Shown one piece after another: positions 38,225 to 46,219 of a stretch of 64,000 nucleotides of DNA. How positions within the stretch are numbered: position 1 is the first letter of the stretch; every line of letters begins with the position of its first letter. The DNA lies in NCBI GenBank assembly GCA_016938235.1, contig JAFGVA010000063.1, positions 56,010-120,009 on the forward strand, in the 5' to 3' direction. The stretch comes from Bacteroidales bacterium. Lineage in GTDB: Bacteria; Bacteroidota; Bacteroidia; Bacteroidales; UBA10428. The position numbers and the translations under genes are program-made. The notes beneath the pieces were generated by a model. The model was not told the origin of the DNA, made no database searches, and saw nothing but the letters and a program-made list of their open reading frames with translations.

Positions 38225-39295
38225 TTATTCTGTGTAAGGAAAGTTGTAATAGCAGTTTCTCCCGTTGCAAAAATCAGCAGAGTTTATCAGGCTTTTACAA
38301 AAGTCAACATCGGCTTTCGGATTATCAATAACTTTCTTAACCATCTGAAGCATTTCAAGGCCTGAAAATCCCAAACCCCTAAAAGCTATCTTAACCGCGT
38401 CAATGCCAAATTCTTTAAATTTAGTCATTGCACACATACCACAGGTTTCCATTGCTTTATTTAACAGATAAGCTCTTGCTGCGTCTTTTTCTTTCTCTTT
38501 TCTTTTCTCTAAAAGCTGAATATTCTGGTTCCGGATTTTTTCATTCCGCTCTTCAATTTTAAACTGTCTCATTATTATATCGTTCCCGGTCAGACTACCA
38601 AGCTCTTTCTTCCATTTTTCGTTTAAAACGATTGGTGAAAATTTCTTGTTGGAATAGTAGGATGATCGGCACAGGTTGGGCGTTTTTCCAGAATGCCATG
38701 TAAAACAATAATCGTCGTTAAAAGTACAAGGACTACTTATTCCAAATGCCTCTAATGGGATATTTCGTTTCGAAGCCTGGTTGGCAATAGTTTCAATTTC
38801 CTCGATTCTGAGTTTTCGTGGCAGCACAACCCGGCCAATATTTTCAAAATTATCGTAGATAAATTCTATTGCGGAGAAATTATTACAACCCAGACCAATG
38901 CTAACATTCAAGGTTGTATCAATACCATTTTTTCTTAAAAACTGAACAACTGCAAGGTTAGCAACTATATAGGCATCAAATGGTACATCTATAATGCTCT
39001 CGAGTAATTTTAAAACATCGTTTAATTGCTCTGCTGTATATTCATGTTCATTCAATGTGAGAAAAGCTTTCTTCCCTTTTTCGTGAATCCATTCAACAAC
39101 ATTCTTAACATCCTCTCTGTTCTGATATTGTGCACCCGGGGTCTGTCGTCGGTTGCAGGATACTTCCCAACCATATTTTTCATACCACACAGGTGGTACA
39201 TACCCAATAAAAAACTCATCAGCACCAGCCTTTACATATTCCTCAATCAGTTGCTTATCCTTAACATTACTTATTCCAACAATAATTTTCATCAA
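38225..39295 (-). CDS. Peptidase-U32-family (UbiU-like) Cys-rich TIM-barrel protein, copy 1 (A1)
   Basis: 356 aa. Motifs are IIVGISN, GADEFFIGY, AFLTLNEHEY, FDAYIVANLA, ENIGRVVLPRKLRIEEI, LEAFG...C-x6-C (the U32 signature region, diverged), CGMCA...GIDAVKIAFRG and a terminal FC-x11-C-x4-C. Confidence 0.65.
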   Translation of the reverse strand: MMKIIVGISNVKDKQLIEEYVKAGADEFFIGYVPPVWYEKYGWEVSCNRRQTPGAQYQNREDVKNVVEWIHEKGKKAFLTLNEHEYTAEQLNDVLKLLESIIDVPFDAYIVANLAVVQFLRKNGIDTTLNVSIGLGCNNFSAIEFIYDNFENIGRVVLPRKLRIEEIETIANQASKRNIPLEAFGISSPCTFNDDYCFTWHSGKTPNLCRSSYYSNKKFSPIVLNEKWKKELGSLTGNDIIMRQFKIEERNEKIRNQNIQLLEKRKEKEKDAARAYLLNKAMETCGMCAMTKFKEFGIDAVKIAFRGLGFSGLEMLQMVKKVIDNPKADVDFCKSLINSADFCNGRNCYYNFPYTE

Positions 39296-39360
39296 TATAT
39301 GTTTTTATTGATTTAATTGTTATAAAAAATTGTCTGTATAAAACCAATCCAATAGGCTGT

Positions 39361-40323
39361 TTATATCGGTATATATGGCATGAATACCAGTCGCTCGAAA
39401 CCTGCTTTAAAGTTCTCAAGGTAATTTGATTCATTATCCATCCAAACAGCATTTCCTCTCTGAACCGTTTGCAACATTTGCTTATCCGATTCAAAATTAA
39501 ATTCATACATCCTGCATTGCTTATTGCAAGGTCTGTCAACAAGGTTATATTTCCTTCTGGTATCGGTATGTGCGGCTATAGCACATAAGCGTCCGCTGGT
39601 AATATATGTCCATGGCCAGAAAATATCGGCGGGTAATTGCCAGCCTTTCAATGTTTTTTTTTCGTATCCCTGCGGCAGAGAATCCAGACTTATTCTTGTT
39701 ACTCCTTTATCAATCAGGAATTTTTGCAAGGTTTTATTTTCAAAGCTGCTGCTCATAATGGCTTCAGTCTGGTTTTTCTCAACTTTTGATGTGTTTTTTA
39801 ACTGGTTTGGAGAATAATCATAGCCTGTAACTGAAAAACGGGGGTCACGCTTGGTTTTAACTAACAAACGACCAATTATTGGCTTAATCGACTTGAACTC
39901 GGTAAGGATAAGCTGAAGAACTCCAAAATCATTAACAACAACCTCAACATCTTCTTTATCCTTCAGAAATTCGAAAATATCTCTGAGTTTTTCCATTCCG
40001 TTAGGACCCGTATAGGGAGCAACATATGTAAAGCCATACTCATTATCGGCACAGTATTTAAAGACCTTTTGCACCTCACCCAGAGCAGGGATTAGGTATT
40101 CACAGGTCTCATTTCCAAAATAGATTCTTGAAATATAATCTTTATAATATTGCCCTAATTGCAAATCGTAGTATTTTTTAAGAATTGAAAGTGCTGTCTG
40201 ATTCACCTTAACATCCGAATCCATCATCTGCACGTATTCAGGCCCGGGCTTGCCAACAATGTCCATTGACTGCAACTGATTATCCAGGTGTTCGCTGTTA
40301 TTAATAAAAACGCAAAGTTCCAT
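39361..40323 (-). CDS. U32-related, UbiV-like Cys-motif protein, copy 2 (B2)
   Basis: 320 aa, paralog of B1. Motifs are RIYFGNETC, TYVAPYTGP, VEVVVNDFGVLQLI, GRLLVKTKRDPRF, WPWTYITSGRLC-x18-C-x3-C and QRGNAVWMD. It starts 10 nt after the A2 stop. Confidence 0.6.
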   Translation of the reverse strand: MELCVFINNSEHLDNQLQSMDIVGKPGPEYVQMMDSDVKVNQTALSILKKYYDLQLGQYYKDYISRIYFGNETCEYLIPALGEVQKVFKYCADNEYGFTYVAPYTGPNGMEKLRDIFEFLKDKEDVEVVVNDFGVLQLILTEFKSIKPIIGRLLVKTKRDPRFSVTGYDYSPNQLKNTSKVEKNQTEAIMSSSFENKTLQKFLIDKGVTRISLDSLPQGYEKKTLKGWQLPADIFWPWTYITSGRLCAIAAHTDTRRKYNLVDRPCNKQCRMYEFNFESDKQMLQTVQRGNAVWMDNESNYLENFKAGFERLVFMPYIPI

Positions 40324-40333
40324 AATTGAGATT

Positions 40334-41404
40334 TTAATTTGAATGAGGATAATTGTAAAAACAATTATTACCTGAACAGAAATTAGGAGAATTTAAAGCT
40401 TTCTGGCAAAACTCAGGAGTAGCATCAGGCTCCTCAACAATTGTTTTCACCAGTTTAATAACCTCAATATTTGCTTGGGTTGACATGAATCCTCTTAATG
40501 GAACTTTTACAGCATCAACTCCTAATTCTTTTAGTTTCTGAATAGCACACAAACCACATTTTCCAATCACATTGAGAATATGTAGTTTAGACATTTCTTC
40601 ATTACCAATCGGGGGAACCGTTCTCTCAAAAGAGAGTTTTGTTTTCAGTTTCTGAATTTCCTGCTCAACCTGAATTTTTTTGTTGTAATAAAGCTCAATA
40701 GGTGTCTTCGAGATAGTTTGCTTCCAGTTTGCATCGAACAGCCGGGAATTTGTAATTCTGTTTTTATACATGGGAGAATTACAAAAACTTTTATTTAATA
40801 TTCCATGCCATGAGAAACAATATTCGTCGTTGAAGAAACAAGCATCTGTAAGACCGAAAACCTCTAATTTTATACCATTTTTAACAGCTTTTTCAGCTAT
40901 TTTGGTCATCTCATTAAAAGTGAGTTTCCGGGGTAAAACTACCCTGCCAATATTTTCAATATTTGTTGTATAGAAATTTATTGCTTCGTATGTATTTGCC
41001 CCTGAGCCAATACTTATATTAATGGGTGTTTCAATACCAGCTTTTCTTATTTCAAGCATGAGTGCAAAGTTGCTCACAATAAATGCATCGAAAGGAATAT
41101 GCTTAATGTCATCGAGCATCCTGAATAACTGCTTTATCTGCTCGTTGTTATATTCATGAGCATTGAGCGTTAATAATACTTTCCGGTTATTGTTATGAAT
41201 GATAGAAACCAGGTTTTCTATCTCTTCAACAGATAGATAATTGCAATTTGCATATTCCCTCCTGTTGCATGAGACCTCCCATCCATAATTCTGACTCCAG
41301 CTGTCAGCAATATAACCAATAAAGAATTCATCTACACCTGCCTCAGCATAACTACGTATTAACTCCGGTGAGTTAACGTTGCTGATTCCCGCAATAATAT
41401 TCAT
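40334..41404 (-). CDS. Peptidase-U32-family (UbiU-like) Cys-rich TIM-barrel protein, copy 2 (A2)
   Basis: 356 aa, the same length as A1 and collinear with it. Motifs are GVDEFFIGY, GWEVSCNRR, LLTLNAHEY, ENIGRVVLPRKLTFNEM, LEVFG...C-x6-C, CGLCA...GVDAVKVPLRG and FC-x11-C-x4-C. Confidence 0.65.
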   Translation of the reverse strand: MNIIAGISNVNSPELIRSYAEAGVDEFFIGYIADSWSQNYGWEVSCNRREYANCNYLSVEEIENLVSIIHNNNRKVLLTLNAHEYNNEQIKQLFRMLDDIKHIPFDAFIVSNFALMLEIRKAGIETPINISIGSGANTYEAINFYTTNIENIGRVVLPRKLTFNEMTKIAEKAVKNGIKLEVFGLTDACFFNDEYCFSWHGILNKSFCNSPMYKNRITNSRLFDANWKQTISKTPIELYYNKKIQVEQEIQKLKTKLSFERTVPPIGNEEMSKLHILNVIGKCGLCAIQKLKELGVDAVKVPLRGFMSTQANIEVIKLVKTIVEEPDATPEFCQKALNSPNFCSGNNCFYNYPHSN

Positions 41405-41561
41405 ATCGAATCAGAAATAATTAGCTTTCTAAGTAAGTGATTTTTATCTTAAAATACAATAAAACAATACTGGGTTCTATGTTACAAAATCTATTTATAA
41501 AAAGGCCACTTAAAACTGCTGAAAAAAGAAACAGGTCGAAAAATGTATATTCTAATGGCAG

Positions 41562-41638
41562 GAGTCGGAAATCGGTAAATGGAATTTGGAAGTTTGTGCT
41601 CATCGGGAGCCAACCTGTTAGCAGTAAGCAGTAATCAG
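41562..41638 (+). repeat. Degenerate heptad-periodic tract, 11 units (GAGTCGG AAATCGG TAAATGG AATTTGG AAGTTTG ... TTAGCAG TAAGCAG TAATCAG)
   Basis: 7-nt periodicity with G-rich positions 6-7. It shares the GAGTCGG unit and the 77-nt length with the array at 33341. It lies inside the 508-nt region upstream of the U32-like operon. Confidence 0.5.
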
Positions 41639-41823
41639 CATGTTTGTCTGAATAGTGTTGACTTTTTTAAAGATTATAAAGAACGATATATTTAAGCTTT
41701 CAGGTAAACATAAAGTGGATTGCATATTTGTATTCTAAAACTTGAAAGCCATCACGAAAAATATCAGATACTTATTTCTACTTTGAGATATTAACATTGC
41801 AACTAAAAGGACGCACAAATCAA

Positions 41824-41841
41824 ACCCCGATAATTCGGGGT
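41824..41841 (-). terminator. Possible short terminator hairpin downstream of the DUF1015 gene
   Basis: A 7-bp stem ACCCCGA/TCGGGGT with a 4-nt loop. On the minus strand it is followed by TTGATTTG, a weak U-tract. Confidence 0.4.
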
Positions 41842-41912
41842 GAGCTCAACGGTAGTTTATTCACTAAAAAATGTTCAGGTTATTTATTCGTAATTTTTTT
41901 AGGAGATAAACA

Positions 41913-43160
41913 CTAATCAAGGCTATGAGTAACCAGACCGCTGCGCAATTTTGGTTCAAACCAGGTAGTTTTTGGCGGCATAATGTTATTTGTATCGGCA
42001 ATATCAATGAGCTGTTTCATGCTTACAGGATAAAGGGCAAACGCCACTTTCATTTCGCCTGAATCAACACGTTTCTTCAGTTCACCTAGTCCACGAATAC
42101 CTCCTACAAAATCAATCCGTTTTGACTTTCGAAGGTCTTTAATATCGAAAATCGGGTCCAGAATTGTTTTCGATAAAATGGTCACATCTAATACTCCAAT
42201 TGGATCATTATCGTCGTAGGTATCCGTATTTGCTTTCAATGAATACCATTCACCATTAAGGTACATGGCCATTTCGTGAAGTTCTTTGGGCTTATATTCA
42301 TTGGCACCTTTGTTCTCAACTTTGAAATTCTTTTCAATACGGGTAATAAGTTCTTCTTTTGACAGATTATTTAAATCTTTAACAAGCCTGTTATAGTCAA
42401 TTATTCTTAGCTGGCTTGCCGGAAAATGAACAGCCATGAAAAAATTATATTCTTCATTTCCGGTGTGCGAAGGATTATTTTTTGCTCTCTCCTGCCCAAC
42501 AAGTGCTGCTGCTGCAGTACGATGATGCCCGTCGGCAACATAAGTATATTTTACTTCGGTATTAAAAATATGCTCAATTGTTTCAACATGGTTTTTGTCA
42601 GAAATAATCCAAAGTTGATGACCTACACCATCGCTGGTTTCGAACTTATATTCAGGAGAATTGGCAATATAGTTATTCACTATACTATCAATTTTTGTAT
42701 TATCGGGATATGCAAAAAACACAGGCTCGGCATTAAAATTTGTTACCCGAACATGATTCATTCTGTCTTCTTCTTTGTCGGGTCTGGTTAATTCATGTTT
42801 TTTTATAATATTGTTCAAATAATCGGACACTGCAGCACAACCAACAAGTCCGTACTGGGTTTTTCCCCACATGGTTTGAGCGTAGATATAATAGGTAGGT
42901 TCAACATCCTGAAAAAAAACGCCGTCGGTTATTAGTTTCCTGAGATTTTCCTTCCCCTTGTTATACACTGCACTTGAATAATGATCAACATCTTCAGGTA
43001 AATCAATTTCGGGTTTTACTACATGCAAAAAAGACAATGGATTTCCTTCTGCTTCAATTTTAGCTTCTTCTGAATTAAGAACATCATAGGGTCTGGATGC
43101 AATTTGTGCAACTAATTCTTTTTTAGGTCTAAACCCTTTAAAAGGTTTTACTATCGCCAT
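41913..43160 (-). CDS. DUF1015 family protein
   Basis: 415 aa. The N-terminus MAIVKPFKGFRPKKELVAQIASRPYDVLNSEEA and the ADGHHR motif are characteristic of DUF1015. Confidence 0.85.
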   Translation of the reverse strand: MAIVKPFKGFRPKKELVAQIASRPYDVLNSEEAKIEAEGNPLSFLHVVKPEIDLPEDVDHYSSAVYNKGKENLRKLITDGVFFQDVEPTYYIYAQTMWGKTQYGLVGCAAVSDYLNNIIKKHELTRPDKEEDRMNHVRVTNFNAEPVFFAYPDNTKIDSIVNNYIANSPEYKFETSDGVGHQLWIISDKNHVETIEHIFNTEVKYTYVADGHHRTAAAALVGQERAKNNPSHTGNEEYNFFMAVHFPASQLRIIDYNRLVKDLNNLSKEELITRIEKNFKVENKGANEYKPKELHEMAMYLNGEWYSLKANTDTYDDNDPIGVLDVTILSKTILDPIFDIKDLRKSKRIDFVGGIRGLGELKKRVDSGEMKVAFALYPVSMKQLIDIADTNNIMPPKTTWFEPKLRSGLVTHSLD

Positions 43161-43249
43161 TATTTTAGTTTTTATTTTAAAAATAAATCTCCGGACATGT
43201 CATTTTGTTTTGAACACACCCGGAGATAAAATTAATCTTAAAATCTCAG

Positions 43250-44176
43250 TTAGTTTACTTTAAATGTTGTATCACCGTCGGTGATATAGCCGACTATTTG
43301 CTTTGCAGCAGCTAAGCCTGCATTTATATTCGCCTCAGCGGTCTGAGCTCCCATTTTTTTAGGAGTAAAGAAATACCGTCCGGCATATTTTTCTTCTATT
43401 TCTGTTTTGCAGTCAGGAGCAATATCGGAGATATATCTGAAATCTTTCCTGTTAGCGAAAACCTGCAATAGACCAGCTTCATCAATGATTTCTTTTCTGG
43501 CAGTGTTAACCAGAGTTGCGCCTTCTGGCATTTTGCTTAAAAGTTCTTTGTTCAACGAACCTTTTGTTTGATTGTTGGCAGGAATGTTAACAGAAATATA
43601 CTGGCACTTACTGTAGAGTGTTCCTAAATCTTCTTCACAAACAACCCCGTCATTTTCAATAATAATCCTATCGATAAACGGATCATGAGCATACACTTTC
43701 ATTCCAAGTCCTTTGCCAATATGAGCAAGTATTTTACCAATATGGCCATAGCCGTGAATACCCAGCTTTTTACCCCTGAGTTCTGTGCCTGCTGAGCCAT
43801 TAAAGCCGTTTCTGTTCAGGTAAATCATCATTCCAACGGCAAGTTCGGCAACAGCATTTGAGTTCTGACCCGGAGTGTTCATTACAACTACATTATTCGC
43901 AGTTGCAGCTTCTAAATCTACATTGTCGTATCCTGCGCCGGCACGAACAACAATTTTAAGATTTTTACCAGCATCAAGAACTTCTTTATCTATTTTATCA
44001 CTACGGATAATGATAGCATCAACATCGCAGGCCGCAGCAATAAGATCTTTTTTGTCGGTATATTTCTCAAGTAATACTAATTCAAAACCAGCATTATCAC
44101 ATATTTCTTTAATCCCATTAACCGCAATGGCTGCAAATGGTTTTTCTGTTGCAACTAAAATTTTTGCCATGGTCAT
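43250..44176 (-). CDS. serA: D-3-phosphoglycerate dehydrogenase-like 2-hydroxyacid dehydrogenase (short form)
   Basis: NAD-binding motif GIHGYGHIGK and D-isomer 2-hydroxyacid dehydrogenase layout. It is adjacent to serC. The symbol is assigned from context. Confidence 0.7.
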   Translation of the reverse strand: MTMAKILVATEKPFAAIAVNGIKEICDNAGFELVLLEKYTDKKDLIAAACDVDAIIIRSDKIDKEVLDAGKNLKIVVRAGAGYDNVDLEAATANNVVVMNTPGQNSNAVAELAVGMMIYLNRNGFNGSAGTELRGKKLGIHGYGHIGKILAHIGKGLGMKVYAHDPFIDRIIIENDGVVCEEDLGTLYSKCQYISVNIPANNQTKGSLNKELLSKMPEGATLVNTARKEIIDEAGLLQVFANRKDFRYISDIAPDCKTEIEEKYAGRYFFTPKKMGAQTAEANINAGLAAAKQIVGYITDGDTTFKVN

Positions 44177-44193
44177 GTTATTTATATGGTTAA

Positions 44194-45264
44194 TTAAAGT
44201 TTTGCTTCGTATTCTTTCATAGCATCAACCAGTACCTGAATGCTTTCGATTGGCATTGCATTGTATATGGATGCTCTGTATCCACCTACGGAACGGTGAC
44301 CTTTTATTCCAATAATTCCTTTTGAAGTGGCGTATGTCATAAAATCCGCTTCTTTCTCTTTATATTCATCATTCATAACGAAAGTAACATTCATTATTGA
44401 ACGATCTGCTTCGTTTGCAACAGTAGTTTTGAAGAGTTTGTTTCTATTAATCTCGTTGTAGAGCAATTCCGATTTTTCTATGTTCTTCTTATAAATTGCA
44501 GAAACACCGCCTGTATTTTTTAACCAGCGCATGTTAAGCATAGCTGAATATATTGACACACATGATGGTGTATTGTATAAAGAACCGTTTTCGGTATAAG
44601 TTTTGTAACTAAGCATAGTAGGCATCGGACGTACAATTTTTTCCAGCAACTCATTTTTAATGATTGCAAAACCAACACCGGCAGGGCCTATATTTTTTTG
44701 AGCGCCTCCATAAATAAGCCCGTATTTTGACACATCCATCGGACGACTAAGAATATCTGAGGAAGTATCGGCAATTAAAGGTACCGGCGAATCAATATCT
44801 GTTTTTATTTCGGTACCGTATATGGTATTATTTGTGGTAATATGGAAATAATCTGCGTCAGCAGGTATAGTCCAACCTTTAGGTATATAGTTATAGACTG
44901 CTTCTTTTGAAGATGCAACAACATCAACTTCCCCAAAAATCTTTGCCTCTTTAATAGCTTTTGAAGACCAGGCACCAGTATCTAAATATGCTGCCTTTTT
45001 GTTTAAGAAATTATAAGGAATCATACAAAACTGCATGCTGGCTCCCCCATGTATAAATGCAATTGAATAATCCTGTGGCACATCTAAAAGCTCGCGCAAC
45101 AATGCTGTGGCCTCATCCATAATTGCAGAGAAATCCTTCGAACGATGCGAGATTTCCAAAACAGATAATCCGCTGCCGTTAAGATTTTGTACTCCTTTTG
45201 CCGTCTCTTCAATAGCATACTGCGATAGTATTGACGGGCCTGCATTAAAATTGTGCTTTTTCAT
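44194..45264 (-). CDS. serC: Phosphoserine aminotransferase
   Basis: 356 aa. It has the PLP-lysine region [12 protein letters not shown] and an N-terminal FNAGPS motif. Confidence 0.9.
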   Translation of the reverse strand: MKKHNFNAGPSILSQYAIEETAKGVQNLNGSGLSVLEISHRSKDFSAIMDEATALLRELLDVPQDYSIAFIHGGASMQFCMIPYNFLNKKAAYLDTGAWSSKAIKEAKIFGEVDVVASSKEAVYNYIPKGWTIPADADYFHITTNNTIYGTEIKTDIDSPVPLIADTSSDILSRPMDVSKYGLIYGGAQKNIGPAGVGFAIIKNELLEKIVRPMPTMLSYKTYTENGSLYNTPSCVSIYSAMLNMRWLKNTGGVSAIYKKNIEKSELLYNEINRNKLFKTTVANEADRSIMNVTFVMNDEYKEKEADFMTYATSKGIIGIKGHRSVGGYRASIYNAMPIESIQVLVDAMKEYEAKL

Positions 45265-45478
45265 TCTATTAATGTTAAATTATGCTTTTAATAATTACCT
45301 TAAAAGTTTAAATATTGAGATGAACTCCTTTTTATAGCAAGTAATAATTTTATTTGTTAACCGATTAACAATAAGCAAATGGGGATGTAAATTTAGAAAT
45401 AAATAATAAGCTATGCGTTATTTGAATAACAATATCTTGAATAAATTTACTAACAGATTGTAAACAATTACTAATATC

Positions 45479-46207
45479 TTAAAAATCTGATATTTCCACC
45501 AGAAAATTTTCTTTTAACACAGGTATCAGATTTGTCATATCAAATCCATGACAATACTCAATAACATCATCCAGCCCATTTTTAGCAAGCCTGTGCCTTT
45601 GAGCAACTTTATCAATATAAGCCATCAGGTTTATATTGGCGGCATTCCATAAATCAATTGAGGCAAGGGTTGAATCACAAATGGTTTCAAACTTCCCTGT
45701 TTCAATTAGGGTTTCGGCCAATGCCCCCGCAAACAAACTATCTTCAAGATTAAATTTACCTTTCCAGCCGGCGCAAAGGATAAGCAAGTCGCGATTTTCC
45801 TTTGTAATATAATTGACCAAGGCCTGGTGATTCAAATATGCTCCGATAAGAACGCGATAACTTTCCCTGGCCATCATAATTGAATGTGTTCCATTGGTTG
45901 TACTGTAGCAAACTTCTTTACCACCTACATTTTCCGGAGAAAAATTATAGGGTGAATTTCCAAAGTCAGCAAAATCGCGCACAATACCATCTCTTTCTGC
46001 GGCAACCATGTACCCCCTCGACTTGTATTCTTTTGCTTCTTCAAGTGTTCCAACCGGTATTATCCGTTTTACACCGTGCATAAATGCGGTTACAATTGCC
46101 GAAGTTGCTCTTAAGATATCAACAACAACTACAATAGCATCGTTATTTTTAAAGTGTTCGTATGTTGCCGGCGTAAAGCAAACTTCAATATTTCGTTTGT
46201 GAGACAT
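45479..46207 (-). CDS. 2-phosphosulfolactate phosphatase (ComB) family protein
   Basis: 242 aa with the VVVVDILRATSAIVTA motif and overall ComB-family layout. Confidence 0.7.
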   Translation of the reverse strand: MSHKRNIEVCFTPATYEHFKNNDAIVVVVDILRATSAIVTAFMHGVKRIIPVGTLEEAKEYKSRGYMVAAERDGIVRDFADFGNSPYNFSPENVGGKEVCYSTTNGTHSIMMARESYRVLIGAYLNHQALVNYITKENRDLLILCAGWKGKFNLEDSLFAGALAETLIETGKFETICDSTLASIDLWNAANINLMAYIDKVAQRHRLAKNGLDDVIEYCHGFDMTNLIPVLKENFLVEISDF

Positions 46208-46219
46208 ATAGATTTTTGA

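Noticed and set aside
38214-38270. A 46-nt overlap between the A1 and B1 ORFs, possibly indicating a frameshift, a fusion or programmed recoding.
   Set aside because: The paralogous B2 starts at MELCVFI, 10 nt after the A2 stop. B1 has the equivalent MTELCIYI at ATG 38213, 11 nt after the A1 stop. The upstream extension has no counterpart in B2.
41421-41634. Small ORFs 41421..41603 (-) and 41437..41634 (+) in the region upstream of the U32-like operon.
   Set aside because: The two ORFs overlap each other and span the heptad tract. The peptides are compositionally odd and have no motifs. They are more likely non-coding, although a small hydrophobic peptide on the minus strand cannot be excluded.
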